Assembly: GCF_046105845.1 (NCBI RefSeq)
Contig: NZ_CP151004.1
From: Escherichia coli
GTDB taxonomy: Bacteria; Pseudomonadota; Gammaproteobacteria; Enterobacterales; Enterobacteriaceae
Reading direction: 5' to 3' (one strand)
Length of the DNA stretch: 64,000 bases
Shown here one piece after another: positions 49,274 to 61,158 of this stretch. Every line of letters starts with the position of its first letter. The first letter of the stretch is position 1. The notes beneath the pieces are model-generated. The model made no database searches. It saw only the letters and a list, made by a program, of their open reading frames with translations, and was not told the DNA's origin. Both the position numbers and the translations under genes were made by a program.

Positions 49274-49375
49274 AGCGAATCGCTCCTGTTGTCAGGGGCG
49301 CAAATATAGCAAATTCGTCGATACCGCGCCAACATATGGCTATAATCGCCGCCAGTATCAATTGAGGAGCATTCC

Positions 49376-50407
49376 ATGTCTGCATTTACCCCGGCAAGTG
49401 AAGTCTTGCTGCGTCACAGTGATGATTTCGAACAAAGCCGTATTCTTTTTGCCGGAGACTTACAGGATGACCTGCCCGCGCGTTTAGATACCGCGGCCAG
49501 CCGTGCTCATACCCAGCAATTCCACCATTGGCAGGTGTTAAGCCGCCAGATGGGGGATAACGCCCGTTTTAGTCTGGTCGCCACGGCGAATGATGTCGCA
49601 GATTGCGATACGTTGATTTACTACTGGCCGAAGAACAAACCGGAAGCCCAGTTCCAGTTGATGAATTTACTTTCTCTGCTGCCGGTGGGCACGGATATTT
49701 TTGTCGTTGGCGAGAACCGCAGCGGCGTGCGCAGCGCCGAACAGATGCTGGCAGATTATGCGCCGTTGAATAAAGTCGACAGCGCCCGTCGCTGTGGCCT
49801 CTATTTTGGTCGTCTGGAAAAACAGCCGGTGTTTGATGCCGATAAATTCTGGGGCGAATACAGCGTCGATGGCCTGACGGTCAAAACGCTGCCGGGCGTG
49901 TTTAGCCGCGACGGTCTGGATGTCGGTAGCCAGTTGCTGCTCTCGACGTTAACTCCGCACACGAAAGGTAAAGTGCTGGATGTCGGCTGTGGCGCGGGCG
50001 TGCTTTCTGTTGCCTTTGCGCGCCATTCGCCGAAAATTCGTCTCACTCTGTGCGATGTCTCTGCGCCAGCGGTAGAAGCCAGCCGCGCAACACTTGCCGC
50101 CAACGGTGTTGAAGGTGAAGTCTTTGCCAGTAACGTCTTTTCCGAGGTGAAAGGTCGTTTTGATATGATCATCTCCAACCCGCCGTTCCACGATGGGATG
50201 CAAACCAGCCTCGATGCGGCGCAAACGCTGATTCGCGGCGCGGTGCGTCATCTTAATAGCGGCGGCGAGCTGCGAATTGTAGCGAACGCCTTCCTGCCTT
50301 ATCCGGACGTGCTGGATGAGACATTTGGCTTCCACGAAGTGATCGCGCAAACCGGGCGCTTCAAGGTGTATCGCGCCATTATGACCCGCCAGGCGAAGAA
50401 AGGTTAA
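49376..50407 (+). CDS. rsmC: 16S rRNA m2G1207 methyltransferase
   Basis: 343 aa, ...[12 protein letters not shown]...IISNPPFH... Confidence 0.9.
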   Translation: MSAFTPASEVLLRHSDDFEQSRILFAGDLQDDLPARLDTAASRAHTQQFHHWQVLSRQMGDNARFSLVATANDVADCDTLIYYWPKNKPEAQFQLMNLLSLLPVGTDIFVVGENRSGVRSAEQMLADYAPLNKVDSARRCGLYFGRLEKQPVFDADKFWGEYSVDGLTVKTLPGVFSRDGLDVGSQLLLSTLTPHTKGKVLDVGCGAGVLSVAFARHSPKIRLTLCDVSAPAVEASRATLAANGVEGEVFASNVFSEVKGRFDMIISNPPFHDGMQTSLDAAQTLIRGAVRHLNSGGELRIVANAFLPYPDVLDETFGFHEVIAQTGRFKVYRAIMTRQAKKG

Positions 50408-50420
50408 GTATCTGATATCT

Positions 50421-50460
50421 GTCGCCGCATACCGTGTCGGATGCGGCGTACACGCCTTCT
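50421..50460. repeat. REP-like palindromic element
   Basis: CGCCGCAT-accgtgtcgg-ATGCGGCG then TACACGCCTTCT. Confidence 0.4.
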
Positions 50461-50606
50461 CTGACCGACAAACGAATTATCCACAATCCGCTGATGGACA
50501 TTTTTCCAGCAATTACACCTCCGGCGATAATTAACTATTGACGAAAAGCTGAAAACCACTAGAATGCGCCTCCGTGGTAGCAATTCTTTTTAAGAATTGA
50601 TGGTAT

Positions 50607-50693
50607 GCGAAGGTGGCGGAATTGGTAGACGCGCTAGCTTCAGGTGTTAGTGTCCTTACGGACGTGGGGGTTCAAGTCCCCCCCCTCGCACCA
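50607..50693 (+). tRNA. leuQ: tRNA-Leu (anticodon CAG)
   Basis: GCGAAGGTGGCGGAATTGGTAGACGCG...CTTCAGGTG...GGTTCAAGTCCCCCCCCTCGCACCA; long variable arm; first of three tandem copies. Confidence 0.95.
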
Positions 50694-50721
50694 AAAACCA
50701 CGTTGATATTGCTCGCACTGG

Positions 50722-50808
50722 GCGAAGGTGGCGGAATTGGTAGACGCGCTAGCTTCAGGTGTTAGTGTTCTTACGGACGTGGGGGTTCAAGTCCCCCCCC
50801 TCGCACCA
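50722..50808 (+). tRNA. leuP: tRNA-Leu (anticodon CAG)
   Basis: Second tandem copy, one substitution in the variable arm (GTGTTC vs GTGTCC). Confidence 0.95.
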
Positions 50809-50842
50809 AACGAGGCGATATCAAAAAAAGTAAGATGACTGT

Positions 50843-50929
50843 GCGAAGGTGGCGGAATTGGTAGACGCGCTAGCTTCAGGTGTTAGTGTCCTTACGGACG
50901 TGGGGGTTCAAGTCCCCCCCCTCGCACCA
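50843..50929 (+). tRNA. leuV: tRNA-Leu (anticodon CAG)
   Basis: Third tandem copy, identical to the first. Confidence 0.95.
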
Positions 50930-50967
50930 ATTATCTTTACTTCCTTTCTTGTTGCTTCCCTGTTTTA

Positions 50968-51204
50968 TCATCCCTGCTTCAAATTCATTATCATCAGCAT
51001 GATGCCAGCAATAAGCGCCAGGCACGATGGCAGCAAAACGTAATGCCGCAACTGTTTGTGATACAGCATCACCGGCGTCAATACTAATCCCATCAGAATG
51101 ATAATCCGCCATTGATCCGGCGATAAATCCGCATACATCAGCCCTGCAATCAGCAATCCCGGCAGCAACACTCCCCAGCCACTGCCCAGCGTACGTTGCA
51201 ACAT
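50968..51204 (-). CDS. yjjZ: Small inner-membrane protein YjjZ
   Basis: From MLQRTLGSGWGVLLPGLLIAGLMY..., 78 aa; divergent from fhuF. Confidence 0.7.
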   Translation of the reverse strand: MLQRTLGSGWGVLLPGLLIAGLMYADLSPDQWRIIILMGLVLTPVMLYHKQLRHYVLLPSCLALIAGIMLMIMNLKQG

Positions 51205-51220
51205 GGTTTCATCTCTTTCA

Positions 51221-51262
51221 TTGATAATGATAACTAATATCATATGATAATTTTTATCATTT
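51221..51262. promoter_or_regulatory. Fur boxes (iron box) in the yjjZ-fhuF divergent promoter
   Basis: GATAATGATAACTAATATCATATGATAATTTTTATCATT, overlapping GATAAT hexamers. Confidence 0.6.
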
Positions 51263-51310
51263 GCAAGCCAGAGAAATCCCTTGCTATCGGGTAAACCTAT
51301 CGCTAGGATT

Positions 51311-51328
51311 AGCAATCATTATCATTTA
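51311..51328. promoter_or_regulatory. Second Fur-box-like site proximal to fhuF
   Basis: GCAATCATTATCATTTAG. Confidence 0.5.
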
Positions 51329-51344
51329 GATTACTATCCCGATT

Positions 51345-52133
51345 ATGGCCTATCGTTCCGCACCGCTCTATGAAGATGTTATCTGGCGAACGCATCTCCA
51401 GCCGCAGGATGCTGGGCTTGCACAAGCCATACGGGCGACGATCGCCGAACATCGTGAACATTTGCTCGAGTTTATCCGCCTGGATGAACCCGCTCCGCTT
51501 AACGCCATGACGCTGGCGCAATGGTCATCAACGAATGCGCTAAGTTCTCTACTCGCGGTCTATTCCGATCATATCTATCGCAACCAACCAACGATGATCC
51601 GCGAGAACAAACCGCTGATCTCACTATGGGCGCAATGGTATATCGGCCTGATGGTGCCACCATTAATGCTGGCGCTACTGACGCAGGAAAAAGCATTAGA
51701 TGTGTCGCCGGAACATTTCCACGTTGAGTTTCACGAAACCGGACGCGCCGCCTGTTTCTGGGTCGATGTGTGTGAAGATAAAAACGCAACACTACATTCG
51801 CCGCAGCAGCGAATGGAAACGTTAATCAGCCAGGCGCTTGTTCCGGTTGTGCAGGCACTAGAAGCGACGGGAGAGATCAACGGCAAACTTATCTGGAGTA
51901 ATACCGGTTATTTGATCAACTGGTATCTCACTGAGATGAAGCAGCTGCTTGGCGAGGCGACGGTTGAATCGCTGCACCATGCCCTCTTTTTTGAGAAAAT
52001 GCTCACGAACGGTGAAGATAATCCACTCTGGCGTACCGTGGTACTGCGCGACGGCCTGCTGGTGCGCCGCACTTGCTGCCAGCGTTATCGCTTACCGGAT
52101 GTGCAGCAATGTGGCGATTGTACGCTGAAATGA
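51345..52133 (+). CDS. fhuF: Ferric-siderophore reductase FhuF
   Basis: 262 aa; C-terminal Cys cluster CCQRYRLPDVQQCGDC. Confidence 0.9.
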   Translation: MAYRSAPLYEDVIWRTHLQPQDAGLAQAIRATIAEHREHLLEFIRLDEPAPLNAMTLAQWSSTNALSSLLAVYSDHIYRNQPTMIRENKPLISLWAQWYIGLMVPPLMLALLTQEKALDVSPEHFHVEFHETGRAACFWVDVCEDKNATLHSPQQRMETLISQALVPVVQALEATGEINGKLIWSNTGYLINWYLTEMKQLLGEATVESLHHALFFEKMLTNGEDNPLWRTVVLRDGLLVRRTCCQRYRLPDVQQCGDCTLK

Positions 52134-52170
52134 AAGCACTGCCGGGGAAGTAAACCCGGCATCATGCGGA

Positions 52171-52848
52171 TTAATAGGGATGCAACACATTACTTGCTTC
52201 GCAATGCCGCATACATAACAGAATATCTGCGGCCTCCAACAACCCTGCGTCAGAACTTACGCCCAGTTTCGACATCACATTAAATTTATGTGCACGGATC
52301 GTTTTGATATTGCGTTTAAGCTGCTCGGCAATTTGTGTCATTGAGTAGCCACGCGACATAAAGCGCAATATTTCTCTCTCCGTCGGGCTTAGCGTCCGGC
52401 TTTGGTTAATGTACCACTGATTGTTCAGTCGGTCGGTCGCCTGACGTACACCATTTAATGACAAAAAGAGTTCCTGATGAAAAATCTCCAGCGTTGACGC
52501 TTTACTTAATACACCGTCCAGCGGTGATGGCGACAATGAACCAATCAGCCGAGCTTCAATATCATCATCCGCAATAACTAAACGCCGGGTACGCGGAAAC
52601 TTAATCGCCAGTTCAGTCAGGCAAGATAATCCCTCTCTGCGCTCACTTCTCATGGCAGAAAAAGAAAAAATGACCGCCGCAAACGAGATCCGCGACATGG
52701 CATCCTGAAATGACTCCTGACTGGTATAGGTATGGAGCTTATAAGGGTTACCCGCAAACTTTCTGAATAAACTCTCAATACCGATACTACTCATGACGCA
52801 TTTTTCTATGAGTGCGACATTTCTCTTCTTAATTCGGCTGTGTTCCAT
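52171..52848 (-). CDS. bglJ: LuxR-family transcriptional regulator BglJ
   Basis: 225 aa, C-terminal LuxR HTH ...[25 protein letters not shown]. Confidence 0.85.
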   Translation of the reverse strand: MEHSRIKKRNVALIEKCVMSSIGIESLFRKFAGNPYKLHTYTSQESFQDAMSRISFAAVIFSFSAMRSERREGLSCLTELAIKFPRTRRLVIADDDIEARLIGSLSPSPLDGVLSKASTLEIFHQELFLSLNGVRQATDRLNNQWYINQSRTLSPTEREILRFMSRGYSMTQIAEQLKRNIKTIRAHKFNVMSKLGVSSDAGLLEAADILLCMRHCEASNVLHPY

Positions 52849-53531
52849 TCTGCGGCATCTCCATAAACAGAAGGCAAGTTAAGTTCTCTTGCACCCTGCG
52901 CGCTATTTATCCATGCATACATTTCAGCGTTGCTGTGAATTGCCAGTCGACGCATCGCACTGTTTTTTTGGGCGCTGATAGTTTTATTACTTTTCTTAAG
53001 CAATGAAGCTATCTGGTTGATGCCCCATCCTTTACCTAATAGCCGCAGTACCTTGCGCTCTGAAAGAGTGAGAATGACGGAGCGATAGCTAAAATCATGA
53101 GTTTCAATCATTGCCGGAGAGGTCAGCATGGCGCTGATACGCTCTGAGTGCGTATTGCCGGAACGTACGGTCTTGACCAGATTCTCAATGGGTTCAACAT
53201 CAGACAATAACGTCGCCGTAGGGCACATGAGCATTTCTACTGCCTGGGAATACCAGGAACGTGACACCATGAAAACCCAGTGAATTTCCCGATATTGTGA
53301 GATTAAAGAATAATAATGTTCACAAACAGAACGTGGATCTTCACTTTCACCGGCTAAATCAGCAATGACTAATCCGGAACGACGTAATTGTAATAAGGTA
53401 AGGTCCTCCGCAGAGGCGCTGGATATTATTTCATATTCAGGGAAGTGAGTCCTCATGACCTCTTTTAACCCTGCTTGCATAACAGGTATTTTACTGATAA
53501 CAATTCCATTTTTGCAGCATCCTGGCAACAT
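52806..53531 (-). CDS. yjjQ: LuxR-family regulator YjjQ
   Basis: 241 aa, ...[23 protein letters not shown]; overlaps bglJ start. Confidence 0.85.
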   Translation of the reverse strand: MLPGCCKNGIVISKIPVMQAGLKEVMRTHFPEYEIISSASAEDLTLLQLRRSGLVIADLAGESEDPRSVCEHYYSLISQYREIHWVFMVSRSWYSQAVEMLMCPTATLLSDVEPIENLVKTVRSGNTHSERISAMLTSPAMIETHDFSYRSVILTLSERKVLRLLGKGWGINQIASLLKKSNKTISAQKNSAMRRLAIHSNAEMYAWINSAQGARELNLPSVYGDAAEWNTAELRREMSHS

Positions 53532-54150
53532 ATTTCCTCCACATCCACTGTCTATAAATCATGATGGTTTATTCAGGATATTCATCCCTTAAATATTTTC
53601 AGCAAATTAATAGATTAAGCGAATAAATTATCCTTTGCATTCACTTTTATATCAGCATACTCCTGCTGCACATTAACTCCACTGCATGTGTCAGAAGGTT
53701 AGCATCAAATGATAACCTGGTGAAATAGCCTGGAGACATTTAAAATATCTACATTAAGTTGTTAGAAATACTTAATGAAAAACAGAAATCTCATTCATTT
53801 AATTTATAATTAAATGATATCTCTTCTCGCAGAATGCGGGAATCACACAATCAATATTTATTCAATAAAATCTAATGGTTTTAACTTGTTAACATTAAAA
53901 AACGCGCCCAGCTATCTATTATCCTGACTCGTAAAGGTCAAACAATAAATTCATTATAGTGATAATATTCATTCGATAGTTTGTTTACGGCGAGAGATAA
54001 TTCGCTTTTTATCACCAAGCGTCTCCCGATAACCAGGATTAATCAGCGCAATTTTGATCTTAACCTACCGCAAAACAGCCGTGCTTCATGATACAAATGG
54101 ATTCTCATTATCTGAACAATACGCAGCACGTCTATGACAAAGGGCGAGTT

Positions 54151-54921
54151 ATGCAAACTGAGCAACAGCGAGCCGTAACACGGCTTTGTATCCAGTGTGG
54201 ATTATTTCTTTTGCAACATGGTGCGGAAAGCGCGTTGGTTGATGAGCTTTCCTCACGACTGGGTCGGGCGCTGGGAATGGACAGCGTCGAAAGTTCTATC
54301 TCTTCGAACGCCATAGTGCTGACAACTATTAAAGATGGGCAATGCCTGACATCGACACGAAAAAATCAAGATCGCGGCATTAATATGCATGTGGTGACTG
54401 AAGTCCAGCACATTGTGATTCTGGCGGAGCATCATCTGCTGGATTACAAAGGTGTAGAGAAACGATTTAGCCAAATTCAGCCATTACGTTACCCGAGATG
54501 GCTGGTAGCCTTAATGGTCGGCCTTTCTTGCGCCTGTTTCTGTAAACTCAATAAAGGTGGCTGGGATGGTGCCGTCATCACCTTCTTTGCCAGTACGGTC
54601 GCGATGTATATCCGCCAGCTACTGGCACAGCGTCATCTTCATCCACAGATCAACTTTTGCCTCACCGCTTTCGCCGCCACCACCATTTCCGGATTGCTTT
54701 TGCAACTTCCCACTTTCAGCAATACCCCCACCATCGCGATGGCCGCCAGCGTTCTGCTGCTGGTGCCGGGCTTTCCGTTGATTAATGCCGTCGCCGATAT
54801 GTTTAAAGGCCACATCAATACCGGACTGGCACGCTGGGCGATCGCCAGTCTGCTGACACTGGCTACCTGCGTCGGCGTAGTGATGGCACTGACGATTTGG
54901 GGGCTACGCGGATGGGTGTGA
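54151..54921 (+). CDS. yjjP: Inner-membrane protein YjjP (ThrE/succinate exporter family)
   Basis: Start chosen at MQTEQQRAV...; ORF track begins 54088. Confidence 0.8.
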   Translation: MQTEQQRAVTRLCIQCGLFLLQHGAESALVDELSSRLGRALGMDSVESSISSNAIVLTTIKDGQCLTSTRKNQDRGINMHVVTEVQHIVILAEHHLLDYKGVEKRFSQIQPLRYPRWLVALMVGLSCACFCKLNKGGWDGAVITFFASTVAMYIRQLLAQRHLHPQINFCLTAFAATTISGLLLQLPTFSNTPTIAMAASVLLLVPGFPLINAVADMFKGHINTGLARWAIASLLTLATCVGVVMALTIWGLRGWV

Positions 54922-55385
54922 TCGAATTTCTGTTAGCGTTGGCGCAGGATATTATCCTCGCCGCCATTCCTGCGGTCGGCTTTGCGATGGTGTTCAACGT
55001 TCCCGTGCGGGCGTTACGCTGGTGTGCGCTGCTTGGCGCGATTGGTCATGGTTCACGAATGATCTTAATGACCAGCGGGCTGAATATTGAGTGGTCAACC
55101 TTTATGGCCTCCATGCTGGTCGGCACCATTGGTATTCAATGGTCGCGCTGGTATCTGGCGCATCCGAAAGTGTTTACCGTGGCGGCTGTTATCCCCATGT
55201 TTCCGGGCATATCGGCTTATACCGCAATGATTTCGGCGGTAAAAATCAGCCAGCTAGGTTACAGCGAACCGTTGATGATTACCCTGTTAACCAACTTTCT
55301 TACAGCTTCATCGATTGTTGGTGCGTTATCTATCGGTCTTTCCATTCCTGGATTATGGTTGTACCGCAAGCGCCCTCGCGTATAA
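54912..55385 (+). CDS. yjjB: Inner-membrane protein YjjB
   Basis: From [13 protein letters not shown]..., 157 aa; overlaps yjjP stop. Confidence 0.8.
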   Translation: MGVIEFLLALAQDIILAAIPAVGFAMVFNVPVRALRWCALLGAIGHGSRMILMTSGLNIEWSTFMASMLVGTIGIQWSRWYLAHPKVFTVAAVIPMFPGISAYTAMISAVKISQLGYSEPLMITLLTNFLTASSIVGALSIGLSIPGLWLYRKRPRV

Positions 55386-55491
55386 AATTGCCTCGCTTAA
55401 GCACACGGATGAGAGACAGCCTCCTCTCCTCCGTGTGTTACTATAAAAGTTATCTCCCTTCTCGTTCATCGTTCCATATTTGAGAAACAGT

Positions 55492-56031
55492 ATGTCTTCC
55501 AGAGTTTTAACCCCGGACGTCGTTGGTATTGACGCCCTGGTACACGATCACCAAACCGTTCTGGCAAAAGCTGAAGGCGGTGTGGTTGCCGTATTTGCTA
55601 ACAATGCCCCGGCGTTTTATGCCGTCACGCCTGCACGCCTGGCTGAACTGCTAGCGCTGGAAGAAAAGCTGGCGCGTCCGGGAAGCGATGTCGCTCTGGA
55701 CGATCAACTCTATCAGGAACCGCAAGCTGCTCCCGTTGCTGTACCCATGGGGAAATTCGTCATGTATCCGGACTGGCAACCCGATGCCGACTTTATCCGC
55801 CTGGCGGCGCTATGGGGCGTGGCACTAAGAGAGCCGGTGACCACCGAAGAACTGGCCTCATTCATTGCCTACTGGCAGGCGGAAGGTAAAGTCTTTCACC
55901 ATGTGCAGTGGCAACAAAAACTGGCGCGCAGCCTGCAAATCGGTCGTGCCAGCAACGGCGGACTGCCGAAACGAGATGTGAATACGGTCAGTGAACCTGA
56001 CAGCCAAATTCCACCAGGATTCAGAGGGTAA
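55492..56031 (+). CDS. dnaT: Primosomal protein DnaT
   Basis: From [17 protein letters not shown]...; C-terminus ...[13 protein letters not shown]. Confidence 0.9.
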   Translation: MSSRVLTPDVVGIDALVHDHQTVLAKAEGGVVAVFANNAPAFYAVTPARLAELLALEEKLARPGSDVALDDQLYQEPQAAPVAVPMGKFVMYPDWQPDADFIRLAALWGVALREPVTTEELASFIAYWQAEGKVFHHVQWQQKLARSLQIGRASNGGLPKRDVNTVSEPDSQIPPGFRG

Positions 56032-56033
56032 CG

Positions 56034-56771
56034 ATGAAAAACGTTGGCGACCTGATGCAACGCCTGCAAAAAATGATGCCTGCCCATATCAAACCTGCTT
56101 TCAAAACGGGTGAAGAACTACTGGCCTGGCAGAAAGAACAAGGGGCGATCCGCTCCGCCGCTCTCGAACGTGAAAATCGGGCGATGAAAATGCAGCGCAC
56201 CTTTAACCGCTCCGGTATTCGTCCACTGCATCAGAACTGCTCCTTTGAGAACTATCGCGTTGAGTGTGAAGGGCAAATGAATGCGTTAAGCAAAGCGCGC
56301 CAGTATGTCGAAGAGTTTGACGGCAACATCGCCAGCTTCATCTTTTCTGGTAAGCCAGGAACCGGCAAAAACCATCTGGCGGCGGCAATCTGCAACGAGC
56401 TGCTGCTACGCGGTAAATCCGTATTGATCATCACCGTGGCCGATATTATGTCGGCGATGAAAGATACCTTCAGGAATAGCGGTACCAGCGAAGAACAACT
56501 GCTTAACGATCTGAGCAACGTTGATCTGCTGGTGATCGATGAGATCGGCGTGCAGACCGAATCGAAATACGAAAAAGTGATCATCAACCAGATCGTCGAT
56601 CGCCGCTCTTCTTCCAAACGCCCAACCGGGATGCTGACCAACAGTAATATGGAAGAGATGACCAAGTTGCTGGGCGAACGCGTGATGGACCGTATGCGCC
56701 TGGGTAATAGTTTGTGGGTGATCTTCAACTGGGATAGCTACCGTAGTCGGGTAACGGGTAAAGAGTATTAA
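56034..56771 (+). CDS. dnaC: Helicase loader DnaC
   Basis: 245 aa, Walker A GKPGTGKNHL, Walker B LLVIDEIG. Confidence 0.9.
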   Translation: MKNVGDLMQRLQKMMPAHIKPAFKTGEELLAWQKEQGAIRSAALERENRAMKMQRTFNRSGIRPLHQNCSFENYRVECEGQMNALSKARQYVEEFDGNIASFIFSGKPGTGKNHLAAAICNELLLRGKSVLIITVADIMSAMKDTFRNSGTSEEQLLNDLSNVDLLVIDEIGVQTESKYEKVIINQIVDRRSSSKRPTGMLTNSNMEEMTKLLGERVMDRMRLGNSLWVIFNWDSYRSRVTGKEY

Positions 56772-56816
56772 TCTCCGTTTCTGGCGGTATACTGCGACAC
56801 AATTCCACCTTGAGTA

Positions 56817-57314
56817 ATGATGATGAAAACTGTTAAACACCTTCTGTGCTGTGCCATTGCCGCCAGCGCATTAATTTCCACCGGGGTGCATGCTGCGTCC
56901 TGGAAAGATGCGCTCTCCAGCGCCGCCAGCGAACTTGGCAACCAAAACAGCACGACACAAGAAGGCGGTTGGTCGCTCGCGTCATTAACTAACTTGCTTA
57001 GCAGCGGGAATCAGGCCTTAAGCGCAGATAACATGAACAACGCCGCAGGCATTCTGCAATACTGCGCGAAGCAAAAGCTGGCTTCGGTAACCGATGCCGA
57101 AAACATCAAGAATCAGGTACTGGAAAAACTGGGCCTGAACAGTGAAGAGCAAAAAGAAGACACCAACTATCTGGATGGCATTCAGGGTTTGCTGAAAACT
57201 AAAGATGGTCAGCAACTCAATCTGGATAATATCGGAACGACTCCGCTGGCAGAAAAGGTGAAAACCAAAGCCTGCGATCTGGTGTTAAAGCAGGGGCTGA
57301 ACTTCATTTCCTGA
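56817..57314 (+). CDS. yjjA: Periplasmic protein YjjA (signal peptide)
   Basis: 165 aa, MMMKTVKHLLCCAIAASALISTGVHA... Confidence 0.8.
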   Translation: MMMKTVKHLLCCAIAASALISTGVHAASWKDALSSAASELGNQNSTTQEGGWSLASLTNLLSSGNQALSADNMNNAAGILQYCAKQKLASVTDAENIKNQVLEKLGLNSEEQKEDTNYLDGIQGLLKTKDGQQLNLDNIGTTPLAEKVKTKACDLVLKQGLNFIS

Positions 57315-57567
57315 ACCGCGAAACGCCGCGTTTTAGCTGTTACCCGGCTGACGCGGCTCTCTCCTGCCCTTTTCCCTGCTCCTGGACGGTTTTCCCCCTG
57401 TTACACGGGAAGCGACCGTAATCAAAAAAGTCTGTTTATAAACTAATTCCTAACAACATCGCATTTTTTTGACACTAGAATTGCAGCAATATGGCGACGC
57501 CATTACATTGTGCTTCTCAAAAAGCTTAAACGTTGGCTAAACGGCCCGGTTTAGTGAGGATCGCCCG

Positions 57568-59859
57568 TTGTCAGAACTACTCTCTTTCGCCCTTTTTCTC
57601 GCCTCTGTGCTGATTTACGCATGGAAAGCGGGACGTAACACCTGGTGGTTTGCAGCCACATTAACGGTACTGGGGCTATTTGTCGTTTTAAATATCACCC
57701 TGTTTGCCAGCGACTATTTTACTGGCGATGGTATTAACGACGCGGTTCTCTATACCTTAACCAACAGCCTGACCGGTGCTGGTGTCAGCAAATACATTCT
57801 TCCGGGTATCGGCATTGTGCTGGGGCTGACGGCGGTGTTCGGTGCGCTGGGCTGGATCCTGCGCCGTCGTCGCCATCATCCGCACCATTTTGGTTACAGC
57901 CTGCTGGCACTATTACTGGCGCTGGGTTCAGTGGATGCCAGCCCGGCATTTCGTCAGATAACGGAACTGGTGAAATCCCAGTCACGCGACGGCGACCCGG
58001 ACTTTGCGGCTTATTATAAAGAGCCGTCGAAAACTATCCCTGACCCGAAACTCAACCTGGTTTATATCTACGGCGAAAGTCTCGAGCGAACCTATTTTGA
58101 TAACGAGGCTTTCCCGGATCTCACGCCTGAACTGGGCGCGTTGAAAAATGAAGGCCTGGATTTCAGCCACACGCAGCAGCTGCCAGGAACGGATTACACG
58201 ATTGCGGGCATGGTGGCTTCTCAGTGCGGAATACCGCTGTTTGCCCCATTTGAAGGCAACGCCTCCGCTTCTGTTTCCAGCTTCTTCCCGCAGAACATCT
58301 GTCTGGGCGATATCCTGAAAAACTCGGGTTATCAGAACTATTTCGTGCAGGGCGCGAATCTGCGTTTTGCCGGTAAAGATGTGTTCCTGAAGTCGCATGG
58401 CTTCGACCACTTATATGGCTCAGAAGAGCTGAAAAGCGTGGTGGCCGACCCGCACTATCGCAACGACTGGGGATTCTACGACGATACCGTTCTCGACGAA
58501 GCGTGGAAAAAGTTTGAAGAGCTTTCCCGCTCAGGTCAGCGATTCTCACTGTTTACCCTGACAGTCGATACCCATCACCCGGATGGTTTTATCTCGCGCA
58601 CCTGTAACCGCAAAAAATATGATTTTGACGGTAAGCCTAATCAGTCATTCAGCGCGGTAAGTTGCAGCCAGGAGAACATCGCGACGTTTATCAACAAAAT
58701 CAAAGCGTCACCGTGGTTTAAAGATACCGTCATCGTCGTCTCTTCTGACCATTTAGCGATGAACAACACGGCGTGGAAATACCTCAATAAGCAGGATCGC
58801 AATAACCTGTTTTTTGTCATCCGTGGCGACAAGCCGCAGCAAGAGACGCTGGCAGTGAAGCGTAATACGATGGATAACGGCGCGACGGTGCTGGACATTC
58901 TCGGTGGCGATAACTATCTCGGACTTGGTCGTAGCAGTTTATCCGGGCAGTCAATGTCGGAAATCTTCCTCAATATCAAAGAGAAAACATTGGCGTGGAA
59001 GCCGGATATCATCCGCCTGTGGAAATTCCCTAAAGAGATGAAAGAGTTCACCATCGACCAGCAGAAAAACATGATTGCCTTCTCGGGTAGCCATTTCCGT
59101 TTGCCGCTGCTGTTGCGGGTTTCAGACAAGCGCGTAGAACCGCTGCCGGAAAGCGAATACTCAGCACCGCTGCGTTTCCAGCTGGCCGATTTCGCTCCAC
59201 GCGACAATTTCGTCTGGGTTGACCGTTGCTACAAGATGGCACAACTTTGGGCTCCGGAACTGGCACTCTCCACCGACTGGTGTGTCTCGCAAGGGCAGCT
59301 TGGCGGTCAGCAAATTGTCCAGCATGTTGATAAAACAATGTGGAAGGGCAAAACGGCATTTAAAGATACGGTCATCGACATGGCGCGTTACAAAGGCAAT
59401 GTCGATACGCTGAAGATTGTTGATAACGATATTCGCTACAAAGCCGACAGTTTCATCTTTAACGTCGCCGGTGCGCCAGAAGAGGTGAAACAGTTTAGCG
59501 GAATTTCCCGTCCGGAGTCGTGGGGCCGCTGGTCCAACGCTCAGCTGGGCGATGAAGTAAAAATCGAGTACAAGCATCCGCTGCCGAAGAAATTTGACCT
59601 GGTGATTACCGCCAAAGCATACGGCAATAACGCCAGCCGTCCTATTCCGGTACGCGTAGGCAATGAAGAACAAACCCTTGTGCTGGGCAATGAAGTGACC
59701 ACCACCACACTGCATTTCGATAACCCAACCGATGCAGGCACACTGGTAATTGTGCCGCCGGAACCTGTCTCAACCAACGAAGGGAATATCCTCGGACACT
59801 CGCCGCGTAAGCTCGGGATCGGCATGGTGGAAATTAAAGTGGTAGAACGTGAAGGGTAA
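57568..59859 (+). CDS. opgB: Phosphoglycerol transferase I (OPG biosynthesis)
   Basis: 763 aa, N-terminal transmembrane helices plus sulfatase-like domain. Confidence 0.9.
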   Translation: MSELLSFALFLASVLIYAWKAGRNTWWFAATLTVLGLFVVLNITLFASDYFTGDGINDAVLYTLTNSLTGAGVSKYILPGIGIVLGLTAVFGALGWILRRRRHHPHHFGYSLLALLLALGSVDASPAFRQITELVKSQSRDGDPDFAAYYKEPSKTIPDPKLNLVYIYGESLERTYFDNEAFPDLTPELGALKNEGLDFSHTQQLPGTDYTIAGMVASQCGIPLFAPFEGNASASVSSFFPQNICLGDILKNSGYQNYFVQGANLRFAGKDVFLKSHGFDHLYGSEELKSVVADPHYRNDWGFYDDTVLDEAWKKFEELSRSGQRFSLFTLTVDTHHPDGFISRTCNRKKYDFDGKPNQSFSAVSCSQENIATFINKIKASPWFKDTVIVVSSDHLAMNNTAWKYLNKQDRNNLFFVIRGDKPQQETLAVKRNTMDNGATVLDILGGDNYLGLGRSSLSGQSMSEIFLNIKEKTLAWKPDIIRLWKFPKEMKEFTIDQQKNMIAFSGSHFRLPLLLRVSDKRVEPLPESEYSAPLRFQLADFAPRDNFVWVDRCYKMAQLWAPELALSTDWCVSQGQLGGQQIVQHVDKTMWKGKTAFKDTVIDMARYKGNVDTLKIVDNDIRYKADSFIFNVAGAPEEVKQFSGISRPESWGRWSNAQLGDEVKIEYKHPLPKKFDLVITAKAYGNNASRPIPVRVGNEEQTLVLGNEVTTTTLHFDNPTDAGTLVIVPPEPVSTNEGNILGHSPRKLGIGMVEIKVVEREG

Positions 59860-59865
59860 TTCCTG

Positions 59866-59915
59866 ACTGATGTGTAGGTCGCATAAGGTGCGACCTACAC
59901 ACCTTCTCCGGCCTA
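59866..59915. repeat. REP element
   Basis: GTAGGTCGCATAAGGTGCGACCTAC palindrome then CACACCTTCTCCGGCCTACAAAA. Confidence 0.55.
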
Positions 59916-59997
59916 CAAAACATCATTGAGAAACAGAAAAAAACAGCGCCCAACACTTCCCCGGACGCTGCATGGCAACTTTAATAATCTCGCCTTA

Positions 59998-61020
59998 TCA
60001 GAAAGTAATTACACCCTTAATCAACTCACGATTGTTAATCACATCGCGCTCGTAGGTTTCTGCCAGCGTGGCGAACGGATAGCGATGGGTTAACATCATG
60101 TCGGCAGTGATTTTCCCTTCCGCCATCAGTCGACCGACTTTAGCGAAATCTTCTGGCGTGGCGTTGCGGCTGCCCATCATCGTCGTTTCTTTTTTATGGA
60201 ATTCCGGATCGGAGAACTGCAACTCACCTTTAAACAGGCCGACAAATACCACCGTGCCGCCGTGACGAATCAGATTCACGGTGTTATTCATCGCATGTTG
60301 ATTACCTGTCGCGTCGATCACTTTCTGCGCCAGAGAACCACCAAACTGCGCCCGCAGCTGCGCGTCAAAATCTTCGGCTGACGGGTCCAGTACAGGTAAT
60401 TCCAGACGCGTTGCCACATGTTCACGGCGCGCCGGACTGGTATCCGCCACCACCACCTGTGCGCCATCGGCTTTAGCGATTGCCGCCGCGCCCAGACCGA
60501 TTGGCCCCGCCCCGACCACCAGCACCTGCTCGCCGGGAGCAATGGCTGCGCGACGCACCGCATGAGCGCTAATAGCGAAAGGTTCAATTAATGCTGCCGC
60601 CTGCGGGTCAATACCGTCTGCGGGCAAAATGTTCGCCACCGGCACGCTCAAATACTCACTAAAACCGCCATCCTGATGCACGCCAATGACTGAAATTTTT
60701 TCACAGCAATTGGTACGACCGCTTTTACATGCAGGGCATTGCTGACAGGCAACATAAGGGATCACAGCAACTTGCTGACCATTTTTAAGATCAGCAATAT
60801 TTTTACCCAGCCCAACAATCTCCCCACATATTTCATGGCCTAAAACACGTGGATAACTAAAAAATGGTTGATTTCCACCCCAGGCATGAATATCGGTACC
60901 GCAAATCCCGACAGACTTAATTTTTATTAATGCTTCATTGTCACCCGGAATAGGTATCTCGCGTTGTTTCCAGACTAATTCTTTCGGCTGCTGGCAAATT
61001 AAAACATTCATCGTAGACAT
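59998..61020 (-). CDS. lgoD: L-galactonate 5-dehydrogenase (Zn-dependent ADH family)
   Basis: From MSTMNVLICQQPKELVW...; GHEICGEI Zn motif, GAGPIGLG NAD fold. Confidence 0.85.
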   Translation of the reverse strand: MSTMNVLICQQPKELVWKQREIPIPGDNEALIKIKSVGICGTDIHAWGGNQPFFSYPRVLGHEICGEIVGLGKNIADLKNGQQVAVIPYVACQQCPACKSGRTNCCEKISVIGVHQDGGFSEYLSVPVANILPADGIDPQAAALIEPFAISAHAVRRAAIAPGEQVLVVGAGPIGLGAAAIAKADGAQVVVADTSPARREHVATRLELPVLDPSAEDFDAQLRAQFGGSLAQKVIDATGNQHAMNNTVNLIRHGGTVVFVGLFKGELQFSDPEFHKKETTMMGSRNATPEDFAKVGRLMAEGKITADMMLTHRYPFATLAETYERDVINNRELIKGVITF

Positions 61021-61158
61021 GATTCGGCTCTCCATTTTTTGTTGCCTTAGATATCAATGAAAATGAAAAATGGCAGCGGAACGGAAAATCTATTTTGTGA
61101 AAACACACGCATAAAAATGTTTTAAATCGGGTTTTAATGGACTCACAAGGAGGAAAAT

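Noticed and set aside
50607-50929. CRISPR-like periodic repeat
   Set aside because: The ~115-bp periodicity is three tandem tRNA-Leu genes with clear cloverleaf features; no cas genes and no short direct-repeat array anywhere in the window.
56406-56840. 144-aa minus-strand ORF inside dnaC
   Set aside because: Antisense to the highly conserved dnaC gene.
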